The notes: generated by a model from the sequence alone, not told the origin. A DNA stretch of 64,000 nucleotides from Callorhinchus milii (GCF_018977255.1 NW_024704742.1:136154001-136218000), one strand, 5' to 3'; numbered from the stretch's first letter, positions 1 to 13,136 are shown. Program-made: numbers and translations.

Positions 1-315
1 CTACCCCTGTGACCTCCTAACCCCCTACCATCGTGCTCGCTCCCTCCACTCAGTGGGCTCCGGCCTGTTTCACGTCCCCCACTATTGGCGGGCGGGCCTT
101 CCGCCACCCTGCCGCACCCTCTGGAACTCCAACCCATAGTCCCTCCGCCTCGCCCCCCTCCCTCGCCACCCTCAAGACCCTCCTCCCCGACCGTGCTTTC
201 GATCTCCCCGCTTCCCCCCACCCTCCCCCCAGGCTCGTTTCGCCCACAAAATAGAGTCACTCCACTTTACAGCGTGTGCGAAGGGCTGTGAGACGTCTCG
301 AAGACGCGATCAGGA
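1..315 (+). mobile_element. L2-type LINE 3' fragment followed by a SINE 3' tail fragment
   Basis: 1-235 aligns by eye with the L2 3' regions at 32950-33190 and 62450-62690 (actattggcgggcgggccttc, ctctggaactcc, ctcaagaccctcctc). 238-315 matches the SINE tail (cgcccacaaaata...ctttacag...gagacgtctcgaagacg). Confidence 0.75.
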
Positions 316-613
316 TTGATGTTGGTATCGTTGCGACGGTACTTCACTGCAAACGTCCGTGGGGGGTTGAGGTGACCGGGGCCTGAACCAAATCCGAGGG
401 TTATCTCAGGGACTGACGGTCGGCCGTCCTGGGGCGCGGTCTCTCCGGTGTTTGGGGGTTTCTGGATCGGTGTCGCCGGGTCCTCCGGTCGCGGACGGCA
501 TCGCCGGAGCCTGAAACTCAGCCACAGAAACTCATCGTCATTTACACTGAAGCTTCACAGAGGTTTAGACTCAGTCTCATTACAGTGCTCTACGGAGATT
601 AACAGCAAAAGAT

Positions 614-649
<36 letters not shown>

Positions 650-1581
650 GCGCTCATTTTCGTTCTCTCTCTCTCGTTGTCTTCTCTCTCTCTCCCTCTT
701 GTTTCTTCTCTCTCTCTCTCTCTCCATCTCGCGCTCATTTTCGTTCTCTCTCTCTCCGTTGTCTTTCTCTCTCTCTCTCGTTTCCTCTCTCTCTCTCGAT
801 TTCTCTCTCTCTCGATTTCTCTCTCTCTCTCTCTCTCGTTTTCTCTCTCTCTCTGTCTATCTCGCGCTCATTTTTGTTCTCTCTCTCTCGATGTCTCTCT
901 CTCTCCCTCTCTTTTTCTCTCTCTCTCTCTATCTCGCGCTCATTTTCGTTCTCTCTCTCTCTCTCGTTGTCTTCTCTCTCTCTCTCTCGTTTCCTCTCTC
1001 TCTCTCTCTCTCGATTTCTCTCTCTCTCTCGATTTCTCTCTCTCGTTTTCTCTCTCTGGTTTTCCCTCTCTTTCTTTCTCTATCTCGCCCTCATTTTCAT
1101 TCTCTCTCTCTCGTTGTCTCTCTCTCCCTCTCGTTTCTTCTCTCTCTCTCTATCTCGCGCTCATTTTCGTTCTCTCTCTCTCGTTGTCTCTCTCTCTCTC
1201 CCTCTCGTTTCCTCTCTCTCTCTCTCTCTCTCTTCTCTCGATTTCTCTCTCTCTCGATTTCTCTCTCTCTCTCTCGTTTTCTCTCTCTGGTTTTCTCTCT
1301 CTCTCTTTCTCTATCTCGCCCTCATTTTCGTTCTCTCTCTCTCGTTGTCTCTCTCTCTCTCCCTCTCGTTCTTCTCTCTCTCTCTCTCTCCATCTCGCGC
1401 TCATTTTCGTTCTCTCTCTCTCTCTCTCGTTTTCCTCTCTCTCTCTCTTCCCTCCCTCTCTCTTTCTCTCTCTCTCTCGTTTCCTCTCTCTCTCTCTCTC
1501 TCTCTCGATTTCTCTCTCTCTCGTTTTCTCTCTCTCTCTTTCTCTTCTATCTCGCCCTCATTTTCGTTCTCTCTCTCGTTG

Positions 1582-1621
<40 letters not shown>

Positions 1622-2220
1622 TCCTCTCTCTCTCTCTCCCTCCCTCCCTCTCGATTTCTCTCTCTCTCGTTTTCTCTCTCTGGTTTTCTCTCTCTCTCCA
1701 TCTCACGCTCATTTTCGTTCTCTCTCTCTCGTTGTCTTTCTCTCTCTCTCTCGTTTCCTCTCTCTCTCTCTCTCCCTCCCTCTCTCTTTCTCTCTCAATT
1801 TCTCTCTCGTTTTCTCTCTCTCTCGTTTCCTCTCTCTCTCTCTCTCGATTTCTCTCTCTCTCGTTTTCTCTCTCTCTCTTTCTCTATCTCGCCCTCATTT
1901 TCGTTCTCTCTCTCTCGTTATCTTTCTCTCTCTCTCTCTCTCTCTCGTTCCCTCTCTCTCCCTCGACTTCTCTCTCTCTCTCTCTCTCACTCGATTTCTC
2001 TCTCTCTCGTTTTCTCTCTCTCTCTCGTTTCCTCTCTCTCTCTCTCTCCTCTCTCAATTTCTCTCTCTCTCGTTTTCTCTCTCTAGTTTTCTCTCTCTCC
2101 ATCTCGCGCTCATTTTCGTTCTCTCTCTCTCTCTCGATTTTTCTCTCTCTCTCGTTTTCTCTCTCTGGTTTTCTCTCTCTCTCCATCGCACGCTCATTTC
2201 GTTCCTCTCTCTCTCCGTCT
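614..2220 (+). repeat. Compound (CT)n satellite with recurring spacer motifs
   Basis: (CT)n runs interrupted by about 13 copies of atctcgc(g/c)ctcattttcgtt and recurring cgttgtc, cgtttcct, cgattt, ggtttt motifs. Confidence 0.95.
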
Positions 2221-2245
2221 NNNNNNNNNNNNNNNNNNNNNNNNN
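2221..2245. other. Assembly gap (25 N)
   Basis: Run of 25 n. Confidence 1.
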
Positions 2246-2368
2246 AACCAGAGAGAGAAAACCAGAGAGAGAGAGAGAAATCGAGAGAGAGAGAGAGAGA
2301 GAGAGAGAGCAGAGAGAGAAAACGAGAGTGAGAGAGAAATCGAGAGAGAGAAGAGAGAGAGAGAGGAG

Positions 2369-2408
<40 letters not shown>

Positions 2409-2532
2409 GAGAGGGAGAGAGAGAGAGGAAACGAGAGAGAGAGAAACCAGAGAGAGAAAATGAGAGAAAAGAGAGAGAGAGAAACGAGAGAGAGAGAGAG
2501 AGAAAATTGAGAGGGAGGGAGAGAGAGAGAGG
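2246..2532 (-). repeat. Same compound satellite in the opposite orientation, (GA)n
   Basis: (GA)n with aaccag, aaatcg, aaacg, aaaatgag and aaattgag, the reverse complements of the spacers left of the gap. Confidence 0.9.
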
Positions 2533-2559
2533 AATACGATGTACCTGTGAGCTTATGGT

Positions 2560-4080
2560 GTGTGCACGTGGACACCCAAATCCCTTTGCTTCTCCACAGT
2601 TTCTAGTTTCTCACCATTTCGAAAATATTCTGTTTTACTAATTTTGGATATATAGTGCATGACCTCACACTTCCCCGCATCGAATTCCATCTGCCACAGG
2701 TTTGCCCGCTCGCTTAATCTGTCTCGGTCTCTTTGTAACTCCTTGCTCCCATTTACTCAGTTTACTGTGCCTCCTAACTTTGTGTCATCTGCAAATTTGG
2801 ATATAAAACTCTCTATTCCTTCATCCAAGTCATTAAAATTTATGGTGAAAAGCTGAGGGCCCAGTACAGACCCCTGGGGAACAGTACTTGTCACGTCCCG
2901 CCAATCAGAGAACGATACCCCCTATCCCTAACTCTCTCTGTTTCCTGCCTCACAACCAATTACCAAGCCACGTCGCAAGGATTACCTCCGATTCCATGCG
3001 CCTTTATTTTGCGCTAATAACCTCTTGTGGGGGACTTATCAAATGATTTCTGAAAGTCCATGTAGACGACATCCATAGACACTCTGTTATCCACCATGTT
3101 AGTGACCTCCTCAAAAAATTCAATTAGATTTGTCAGACATGACCTACCCTTCACACATCCACGCTGACTCTCTTTGATTAGCTCCTACTTGTCCAAGTGC
3201 TCAGTCATTCTATCCCTGATGAGAGATTCCAGTAACTTCCCTACATTTGAAGTGAAGGTGACAGGTCTGTAGTTACCTGGTTTCTCCCTCTCTCCCTCCT
3301 TCCCTTCATAAATAATGGAGTGACTTTGCAATTCTTCAATCCAAGGGCACAATTCTCCAATGTACACAGCTTTGGAAAATTATGATTAACGCATCTGCAA
3401 TTTCCTCCCCTACTTTTAATACCCTGGGGTGGAATCTATCAAGTTCTGGAGATTTGTCTGTCTTTAGTCCCATTATTTTCTCCATTACCATTTTTAAAAT
3501 GTATTTTAAATCCATTTAGTACTTCTATTATTATTATAGTCTCCTCTACGTCTGTCTTTAATGGGCCCACATTCCCCACAACCACTCTCTTTATAATAAG
3601 AATAATCCTTGCATTTGATATAGCTCCTTATCATGTCTTCGAGTCGCCTCAAAGCGCTTCACTGAATGTACTGTAAAGTGAATTAATTGTATATTTTGTG
3701 GGCGAAACGAGGCAGCCAAATGCACACAGCAGCGTCCCACAAAGAGTCAATTTATTATTTTTTTAAAAAAGGAACCTCGGAAAAGCAATCCGCCAATTGA
3801 CTAACAACTGGGTTCCTACTTACTGGCAGGTAAACAGAGGGGTGTGGAGTGAGGAAACTTACTTGCTACTCCACCTTCTCTTAATATATTTTTTACTGTT
3901 GCCCTTGATATCCCTTGCAAGTTTTTCTCAAATTACCTTTTTGCATCTACTGTTACTTTCTTGGTATCTCTTTGTTGCTTTTTATATGTTTCCCAGTCCG
4001 CTGGATTCCCACTTGTTCTAGCATTAGTGTAAGACTTTTCTTTCAGGTTGATGCTGCCCCTTACCTCCTTTGTCCGCTTC
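2560..4080 (-). mobile_element. Decayed CR1-type LINE ORF2 (RT) fragment, interrupted by a SINE at about 3597-3862
   Basis: Minus-strand motifs KPGNYRPVTFTSNVGKLLESLIRD (ORF 3185-3367), VPQGSVLGP (about 2857-2882) and KFADDTKL (about 2775-2800), with stops and frameshifts. Confidence 0.88.
3597..3862 (-). mobile_element. tRNA-derived SINE, long form, 5'-truncated
   Basis: Reverse complement of the family body, with an (ATT)n tail at about 3597. Confidence 0.85.
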
Positions 4081-5664
4081 TTTTCTCTTCTTTTCTCTTT
4101 TCTATCCACTTCTGTCCCCAGTTCGATGAGACAAAGTGGAGTGATCACTGGTGGAGCAGTGTTGAAGCAAACTTTGGAATTTGTAAACTTTTACGGTACC
4201 GAATTTGCAATCTATTTGTCTCATTTTAACTTTCTGAAATCATTTTATCATTTTGGACGAAACCTTAACTCGGTTTCTGAATCGAGTTCGCACTTTGGAA
4301 AAGACTTCAGTTTTTGTCGTGTGCTCCCTGTCTAGGAATAGATTGATTTAAGTAAACTAAATAATAATAATAATAAGAAGAAAAATCATTTGGTTACTCA
4401 ATCTTTAACACTGGTGGTTGCTCCACTTTGATCCCTATTGCCATTCTCATCAACCTCGGAAGGGAGGGAGGGAGGGAGATGAATATACTGCAGTCTCCAA
4501 TATCATTGTTATATTATCTTGTATTATATAATACCATTCGCACAGGGGCAGGTTAGCATATCGAGTGGGCTAAAATGACAGAGGTAGACACCAGGGAGAG
4601 GGGAGGTGAATAAGCACAGTTACAGTTATGTGTTCAGGTGCAATGTGAGGGATTGAGGCAGAGTGACAGAGTTTCGGGGTGTAGTGGGTGAAAGCGCGGC
4701 CACTGATGGAGGAGCGGAGAGGACAAGAGCTCAAGCAGCAGATGTTGCACCTCATCAAGTCATTGAGATGCCTCAAAGCGCTTCACAGGATATACTTAAA
4801 GTGTAGTGACAAACCCAACAGCCGATTTGGTTACAGTGCAAAAGCCACAGCGACTCTGACGATGCAGTTGTTCGGCAATAACAATAACTTGCATTTATAT
4901 AGCGTCCCAGAGCGCTTGGCAGTGGGGGAGTAAGACGTCGAGCCGGATGGAGGTGACCAGCCTGGGGGGGAAATAGACCACACGAGAGCGCAGGAGACAG
5001 AGCCTCTGAGATGTCAGTCATTCACTCACCTCAGTGTACGTTGGGGGTGGCACAGACATAAAGATGGAGCTGTCTAGGACCTGGAGCAGAAGGTGGTGGG
5101 GCTTTCTATCAGGCTGTTGTCAGAAGCTATATCCACATAGCAGGGGGGAGCTGAGAGGAGGCAGGGAGACACAGGGTTAACATACTGTATTCTCAACACA
5201 ATATTGAGGCCTGAAATTCACAACACAAAGCGGGCGCCAGTGGACCAGTGTGTCTGAGCTGCTCCTTTTAAGAGTAATCCTTTCAGCTCCATCCCTGTCG
5301 TCGTCCGGTTCCCCCAAACCCCCTCCTCCCCTCCCGAGCCCCACACACACACACACACACACACTCCTGTATAGACTCAATGTTAGGTCTCTAGCCTTTC
5401 GAAGGCCTCGACCACCATTCCCGGCAAAGCATTCCACCATCACTGTGTGCGCGACAACATTCCTCTAACCCGTTTACTCCTTGAATTAACTAGTTACTGA
5501 CTCAATGACCAGTGAAAATAATGTCTCCCTATTGGCTCTTTATCAAAACCCCTCATCATTTTGAAGACCCCTATTAGGTCACCCCCTCAACTGTAATAAT
5601 AAGTCTCCATCTTATCCCAACTGATCCATCTTATCCCACTGACAAGCAATGAACCATCTTACAA

Positions 5665-5715
5665 CAGCGGTGGCCAACCTGTGGCCCGCGGGCCTGAAGT
5701 GGCCCACAGAGGCCA
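5665..5715 (+). mobile_element. Probable left end of a hAT (Charlie/MER58-like) non-autonomous DNA transposon
   Basis: cagcggtggccaacctgtggcccgcgggcc resembles the CAGGGGT.G.CAA.C..GGCCCGCGGGCC terminus of that group as I recall it. No matching right end found. Confidence 0.45.
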
Positions 5716-6452
5716 TCAAGAAGCCCCCTCACCCATTTTCCTCTAACTTTCAACAGGGATTACATTTGTTTTCACCCTTCATTCCCCTCTTCAGGAAACA
5801 AAAACGTCCACATCGCAGAACCATTTGCTCACAGGACCGCAATCACCAGTGAGAACCACGGACAGCTCCAACCGGCAAACAGTCACAGAAATTTCTCCTG
5901 AAATAAAGCCACAAACTAAATTGCTCATTCCCCCCCCCCCCCCACCATGGTTCCCTTTAACGTTAACTGCCAACAGCGAGAGAGAGAGATTCATGGTAAA
6001 ACAATGAGACCAACAGTCCGGGCAATTCAACAATTCAACCAACAGAACATTGAGATTTTTGACTAAAAACAAACCCAACACAAGACAAAGCGGAGATCAG
6101 GCACCGCAAACAGGGGATAAAATATTTCTTTGGCCACATCAGTCCTACCGTCCATCCATGGTCATCGTCCGGCCAGCTGTTCGGTAAACTCTGGGGTTTG
6201 AATCTCTTCAGTTTCGCAGTTTCCACGTTCTTCTGTTCTTCAAGAAGAAAAAAACAAAATCCCCCCAAAAAGAGCCACATTTCACACACAAAATTCACTT
6301 TGCGGTGTATGCTGTGAGGCGCTTTTAGACGTCTCAATGACGCGATAAGGCACTCTATCAAATGCAAGGATTATTATTATTACTATTATAGAGCAAATTT
6401 TTGTGCTGCTCACGTCTCCGCTGGTCAACCGCACTGAGAGCCCTCAAACCCC

Positions 6453-7045
6453 ACCCCCCGACATCACAACCCACCCCCGACATCACAACCCCCCGACATC
6501 ATAACCCCCAGACATCACAACCCCCCGACATCATAACCCCCAGACATCACAACCCCCGACATTATAACCCCCCGACATCACAACCCCCCGACATCACAAC
6601 CCCCGACATCACAACCCCCCGACATCACAACCCCCCGACATCACAACCCACTGACACCACAACCCCCGACATCACAACCCCCCGACATCACAACCCCCCG
6701 ACATCACAACCCCCCGACATCACAACCCCCCGACATCACAACCCCCCGACATCACAACCCCCCGACATCACAACCCCCCGACATCACAGCCCACTGACAT
6801 CACAACCCACTGACATCACAACCCCCCGACATCACAACCCCTCGACATCACAACCCCCCGACATCACAACCCCCCGACATCACAACCCCCCGACATCACA
6901 ACCCCCCGACATCACAACCCCCGACATCACAACCCCCCGACATCACAACCCCCACTGACATCACAACCCCCGACATCACAACCCCCCGACATCACAACCC
7001 CCCGACATCACAACCCCCCGACATCACAACCCCCCGACATCACAA
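6453..7045 (+). repeat. Minisatellite, 16-17 bp unit A(C)5-6GACATCACA(A), about 35 copies
   Basis: Tandem accccccgacatcacaa with a few variants (cagacatc, cactgacatc, cataac). Confidence 0.97.
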
Positions 7046-7370
7046 GGTCTTCAAGCGTGACCTGAAAATGGGGGAGGAAAGGGCAAGGCGGAGTGGAAGG
7101 GGAAGAGTGTTCCAGGGTATCAGGGCGGCTGAAAGCGTGGCCACTGATGGTGGAGCGGAGGGTACGAGGGACACGCAGGAGGCCGGAGCCAGTTGAGCGG
7201 AGGCAGCGGGTTGTGGCGAAGCAGGTCGGAGAGCCGTGGGTTGAACCTGGTTCAGTAAGTCTGAGGGATAGGCCGGGGAGGTTGAAGAGGTCAGAGCCAC
7301 AGGATAGAAGACATTGACGGGAGCCAAGAGTGTGACTTCCATCTTATCAACATTAAGCTGAAGGAAGTAG
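7046..7370 (-). mobile_element. L2 fragments
   Basis: ggtcttcaagcgtgacctgaaaatgggggaggaaagggcaaggcggag...ccactgatggtggagcggag is the reverse complement of the L2 3' region. The segment near 7330-7370 resembles the RT-downstream part. Confidence 0.6.
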
Positions 7371-7811
7371 GAGGTGGTTGTCTGAGGTTTGCGTTGGGAT
7401 CAGAGGAAACTGCACTCTCGGCCTGACAAACAATAGGCTTGATGAGAGCCGATATAAAAATGCTATGTTTTTAATGAGTGCCTCCTGGAGCCTGACTCAA
7501 ATCTGAGTGTCAGCAAAGGGACAGGGTTGGAGAACTAGTCAAGGTTTAATCGCACAAACAATGACACTAATAGTGTCTTCAACATCACTAATACAACGTG
7601 AGCATATTTAATCATGTCAGGCAGTCTGTTTGCTCACCAAAGACTGCAGTGAAAGATGAGATTCTCTCTCACACACTCTCATAATCTCTTTTATTCACTC
7701 TCACTCACTCTGACTTTTTCTCCCTCATTCTCACTCACGGTATAATTTAACGGCTCTCAGTTTCTCTCTTTCTCACTCTATCAATCTCATGTTCTCACAC
7801 TTTTCTCTCAC

Positions 7812-7848
<37 letters not shown>

Positions 7849-8029
7849 TCTGTCAATCTTTCCACCCAAATTTTCCCATATTCTGCCATCCTCAATTTTC
7901 CCCCATGAGAATTGGATGATATGGTAACCGAGGTGTCCTCGGTACCTTTTCAGATGGGCAATGAAAAATCCTGTTGGAAAAGAGGGATATTTTTCCCACG
8001 GTGTCCTGGAAAAATCCTCTAGATAAATC

Positions 8030-8435
8030 AGGTTTTAGTCATTGTGGACTCAAGCTCCACGTCAGACTCTAAACTCACAGTCTCAACAGACTCCAATAAA
8101 ACACTAGCAGAGGGCTGCATTATCAGAAGCGCTGTCTTTTAGACGAGATGTTAAGCTAAGGTCTGGTCTGCCTGTTCAGGTAGATATGAAAGATCCCATA
8201 GCGCTTATACAAAAAGGGAAGGGAGTTTCTCTCTCCCGGTGTCCAGGTCAAGAATCCCCCAACAAAATTGTCCATTCATTTTATTTTTTGGAACATTGCT
8301 GTGTGTGCAAATTATCTGCAACATTTGCTTGCAAAATATAGTCATTGCTCTTTACTGTAAATCCTGTGAAGTGCTTTGAAGGGATCTGGCGACACGATAG
8401 GGAGCTGTATGAGATATCAAATGTGAGGATTATTA
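8030..8435 (+). mobile_element. Old Deu-domain (SacSINE1/AmnSINE1-like) SINE
   Basis: ctgcattatcagaagcgctgtctttagacgagatgttaagc...gtctgcctgttcaggtagatatgaaagatcccatagc core, plus the shared 3' tail. Confidence 0.7.
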
Positions 8436-10504
8436 TGTAAACCAACCTCATGCAGGTTTTAGAATTCAATAAAAGACTTGAAATTCAGTGCACAACAAGT
8501 TAGGGAAGGAGCAACAAAAGGGGATGGGTTTAATGCTCCTCAGATCTAACCTTCTTATGTCACTGTGAACATGAGGCTTGATCAGAATTCAGCCAAAGCC
8601 TCCAGCGAAATAGGATATGGGTGGTTTCATATCAGCAACACAGAAATCCAGAGCCTGGAGAAAGAGAGGAGATTAGAAGGAGTTTACCTGCTAACTCCAC
8701 CTCCCCTAGAGTAATGGATTATGTGCGGATTTCCAGACTTAGCAATTAGTGGTGTTTCACTGGACACCTCTGGAAAGAGAATAGCACTGAAGGTTAAAGG
8801 GATAAGTGCAGCCGGTTGAGACAGGACTGCATTGTGGGACCTGGAGCTTCCTGAGCTGTTGGGATCAAGGCATGACATACATACATACATGTGATCTACA
8901 TACATAGATCACAAGATTGATTCAAATGAAGAAAGCCCTTCGGCCCATTTGATCCCATCCTTCCAAGAATGCCAATCATAGTGTCTTCCCATCACAGCAT
9001 CCAGATGTCTCATAAATGTGTCCCAGCGTCCTGGCCTCCACCAACTCCCATTCCAGCCATTATTTAAACTCTCGGTAACCGAATGCTTCCTGGAGTCTCT
9101 CCTGAACTTGTTCCTCATTAACCTTCGTCCTGGTGCATTGGCATATCTAATAATAATCCTTCCATTTGATAAAGCGCCTGATCACATCATTGAGATGTCT
9201 CAAAGCACTTCACAGAATATACTGTAAAGTATTTTACGGACAAAACGCCTATATCTGAAAGTATTGTTCTGGGTTTACTTTCTCACTCCCGTTTAGAATT
9301 CCCATATCCAAACGTAAAAGTTCTGAAGAGCCCCAGTTTATACCATCCGCAGCTGAACTTGTGAAATAAGTTTGTCTTATTTTGTAGGCGTTCGTGATAA
9401 TTACAGGTGAAGTATTTTAACTTATGGAACTCCCTGCCTCAATCCCTCTTCGTCGCCCCCTTTTTTTACTCAAGTGCTTTGAGGCGTCTCAAAGACGTGA
9501 TAAGGCGCTATATCAAGTGGAAGGATTATTATTATTTTCAGATCGCACCTGAAGACCTTCCGTTTCGATTGGACCTACGGTCAACTCCCCTCTCTCCGTA
9601 GCTCGGCGTCAAACTTGCTCTGTCCATCCTCTCCCTCTCTCCCTCCCTCCCCCTTCCTCATCATGCTTTCCTTCTCCTCTCCTGCCCTCTGAAACCTCAT
9701 CTGCATTCAGCTGAGCCACACTCAGGCAACAAGAGATGGAAATCTGGAGGACAAAAGATCGTTAATGATCTTAAGGCAGAAATCAATGAGCAAACGGCTG
9801 CTTTCACCCCGTCCTTTCACTGGAAGAGTAGCATGCTTTAAACAGAATGCTAATGATTTTCTGGAACTAGACACCTGGGGAGTGTCTTGTGTTGTAGGTG
9901 TTTTGTTTTGAAAGCTGGTTAATTCTAAATTTGCGTGTGTTTTCTTTTAATGAATAAAATGCAGTTGAAAACAACTAATCCCCTTTGTGATCTCTCTCGC
10001 GCTCGCGCTCTCCCTCTATTTCCTTCTCTGCCTCTTTCTGTCTCGCCCCAGGGCAGGAAAATGGAAGAGCACTTTGTTAGCGCTCTCATTTTATATTTCT
10101 CTTTCAACGGATGCTGGAGTGTCGTGCTCCACCACTGTCTTGAGCTCTGGGACTCTAGCCTCCGTGAGGAGCGCTATATAAATGCAAGCTGTTGTTGTTG
10201 TTGAGTGCTTGGCCTACAGAGCGGGTGGCTGAACAACAGTAAGGGCAGAGATCCTTCATTATTTTCCTCCCACCCCCTCCACCATTCACTCATCCCCTCT
10301 TTGCTCACCACAGTAAAATGCAAGCATACTTCCCCCTCCTCCCCCCCATTATACAGACTTCCCCATTGAAGGGGCTTTCACTGCAGAGAATGGTGCTTAA
10401 TTAAGAACATGTAAATAGGAATTAGCGAAGGCTTAGAGGCCAAGAGAAAGGCACAGCACGTTTTAGCTGTGTCACCAAACATTACACAGGGCCGGAACAG
10501 AAGA

Positions 10505-10945
10505 GATTACAATAACGATAATCCATTCATTTGATATAATGCCTTTCACGCCTTCCAAAACAGCTCAAAGCGCTTCAAAGGATCTATTGTAAAGTGTAGT
10601 GACTGTGTATTTTGCAGTCAATTTGCACACATTAATGTCCTACAAACAGCCATGAGGTGAAATGACTGATTGTATTTGGAGAATTGTGGACCTCCAAATA
10701 AAATCTCCTGTCGCTTTTCAGGCACTGCCATGGGATCTTTAACATCCATCTGAACAGGCAGATGGGACCTTGGTTTAAAGTCTCTTCTGAAAGACAGTAC
10801 CTCCGACAATGCAGTGCTTCTGCAGCATAGTACTGGAACATTCAACTCATAGCTTTGACTGTGAATTCAAAGTCCCGACGTGGGGCTTGAACCCAAAACT
10901 TTCTGACTTATAAAGAGCCAAGAGGGTGACTGACTGAGCCAGGTC
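10505..10945 (-). mobile_element. Near full-length Deu-domain SINE
   Basis: Minus strand reads cctggctcagtcagtcaccctc (A box), gggttcaagccc (B box), Deu core gcattgtcggaggtactgtctttcagaagagactttaaaccaaggtcccatctgcctgttcagatggatgttaaagatcccatggca, then the tail. Confidence 0.8.
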
Positions 10946-11520
10946 AACAACAACAACAACAGAAAGGGGGCAAGGCAAAGCGACTGCGAGATGGAGTCCC
11001 AAAGTATGGGGACAGAGAGGCTGAAGGCCTGACCGCCGATTGTGGAGCAGACAGGGCGGGGAATGTGGAGCAGGCCAAAGTTTGCCGAGTATAGGGAGCA
11101 GACAGGCCAGTATGGGGTTGGTAGATCATAGAGGTAGGGAGGAGCAAGGCTGTGGAGGGCTTCAGAAGCGTGGATGAGGATTTTGAACTCTATCCTTAAC
11201 ACCTTAAAAAAATTGTCAGTTGGGTGAACATGATTTTGGCAACTGAAGAGATGGCTCATTAAAATCAGCAGCATCAATAAAAACAACACAACAACAACAA
11301 AATTACATTTATAGAGCGCCTTTCACGTCGGGAGGATGTCCCAAAGCGCTGGACAGTCAGAGGTCAGGACCCGATCGTGGGGGAGGGGTGGGGTCGGGGT
11401 GAGGGAGGGCAGAGAGGTGGGAGGGCGACTGAAGGCACGATCGAAGAGGAGAGTCTTGAGACCGGCCTTGGAGGAGGCAAGGGAGGAAGCGAGGTGAAGG
11501 GACTGTGGGATGGAGTATAT
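10946..11520 (-). mobile_element. Two stacked L2 3'-end fragments
   Basis: (CAA)n tails at about 10945 and 11285. Minus-strand FKIL...ALHSLAPPYL. Terminal hairpin at about 11315-11350. Confidence 0.8.
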
Positions 11521-11574
11521 TCTGTGAAGCGCTTTGAGATGTCTCGAAGTTGATAAGGCGCTATATCAAATGCA

Positions 11575-12985
11575 ACAACAACAACAAAATTACATTTATA
11601 GAGCCTTTCACATGGGGAGGACATCCCAAAGCGCTGAACAGTAGATGTCAGGGCCCGAGTAGGGAGCCAGCAGGTCAGAGCGGTAGGAGGGGGCAAGGCC
11701 ATGGATGGCCTTAAAGGTGAGGAGGAGGATCTTGAACTCGATCCTCTGGGGGATGGGGAGCCGTGGAGTCGGGCGAGGGTGGGAGTGATAGGATCGTGGA
11801 GCCTGGTCAGTGAGAGTACATGAGCTGCAGAGATTTGGATGATCTGCAGCTTGTGAAGGGAAGAGTTGGGAAGGCCGATGAGGGAGGAGTTCCCGTAATC
11901 GAGCCTTGAGGTGACGAATGCGTGGGTGAGGGTTTCGGCAGCCTGAGGGGTGAGGCAGTGGCGGAGTCTGGCAATGTTGCGGAGGTGGTGGTAGGCAGTG
12001 CCGGTCATGGGGCGGATGTGGGGGAGAAAGGACAATTCAGGGTCAAATAAGACACCCAGGTTCCTGACTGGCTTAGTGCGGTTGATTATGGAGGCAGATG
12101 CTGCCAGCGCCTGAAGTTCGGAGGCGCTGGCGCAAGCCAATCAGGAGGGCCTCTGTCTTGCTGACGTTGAGTTGGGTGTCATCCGCATACATGTGGAAAT
12201 TTATCCCATGTCTGCGGATGACGTCACCAAAGGGCAGCATGTAGAGGGTGAAGAGGAGAGGATGGAAGACAGAGCCCTGAGGAACGCCGCACAAGACAGT
12301 ACGGGGGCTGGAAGAGAAGCCGTTTGCCAGACGAAGTGGAGGCGGTGAGAAAGGTGGGACCTGAACCAGTTATGGACAGAGCCTTGAAGGTTGAGGTGGG
12401 AGGAGAGGCGGTGGAGGAGGATTGAATGATCCACGGTGTCAGAGGCCGCGGAGAGGTCGAGGAGGACGAGGAGGCAGAGGGAGCCCTGGTCACACATGGT
12501 CAGGATGTCGTTTGTGACCTTGACCAGAGCAGTTTCCGTTCTGTGGGCAGCACAGAAACCCAATTGGAGGGGTTCATGGAGAGAATGAGAGGAGAGGAAA
12601 GAGCGAAGCTGGGAGCCAACGGCGCTCTCAAGGACCTTGGATAGGAAAGGGAGATTTGAGATGAGCCAGTAGCTCGATAGCTATGATGGGTCAAGATGGG
12701 GATGATAGTGGCTGTTTTGAGGGGGGAAGAAACAGTGCCAGATGACAGAGGTTAATGATGTCGGCGAGTAGTGGGGCAGGGAGGTGGAGCTGGGCTTTAA
12801 GGAGAGAGGTGGGGATGGGGTCAAGGGAGCAGGTAGCAGGTAGTAGACTTCATGGAGTTACCATGTTGAAGAAAGAGGAGGGGGTGACAGGTTCAGATGT
12901 GTGGAAGGAGGGATGGAGTTGGGATTTAAGGAGCTCCGTTTTCCCAGAGTGTTATCAGAACACGGAATGATTTGTCAGGTGAGAA
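11575..12985 (-). mobile_element. L2-type LINE RT region to 3' tail, frameshifted
   Basis: Minus-strand [75 protein letters not shown], then a (TTG)n tail. Confidence 0.93.
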
Positions 12986-13136
12986 TGCTGGAGCAAAGGG
13001 GTGGGGGCATTTAAAGGGAATTTAAATAAACACATGCAGAGGGAGGGTATTAGAGGGGATGGAGAAAGAGCAGGGAATTGGGAGTACTGTATAATATATA
13101 ATATAATATTCCTTGTATTTGATATAGTGCCATTCC

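Noticed and set aside
448..2575. ORFs of 470-630 aa (Ser/Leu or Arg/Glu rich)
   Set aside because: They translate the (CT)n/(GA)n satellite, which lacks stops, and some run through the N gap.
6401..6958. 185-aa repetitive ORF and superficially CRISPR-like periodicity
   Set aside because: Head-to-tail minisatellite with no unique spacers and no cas genes, in vertebrate DNA.
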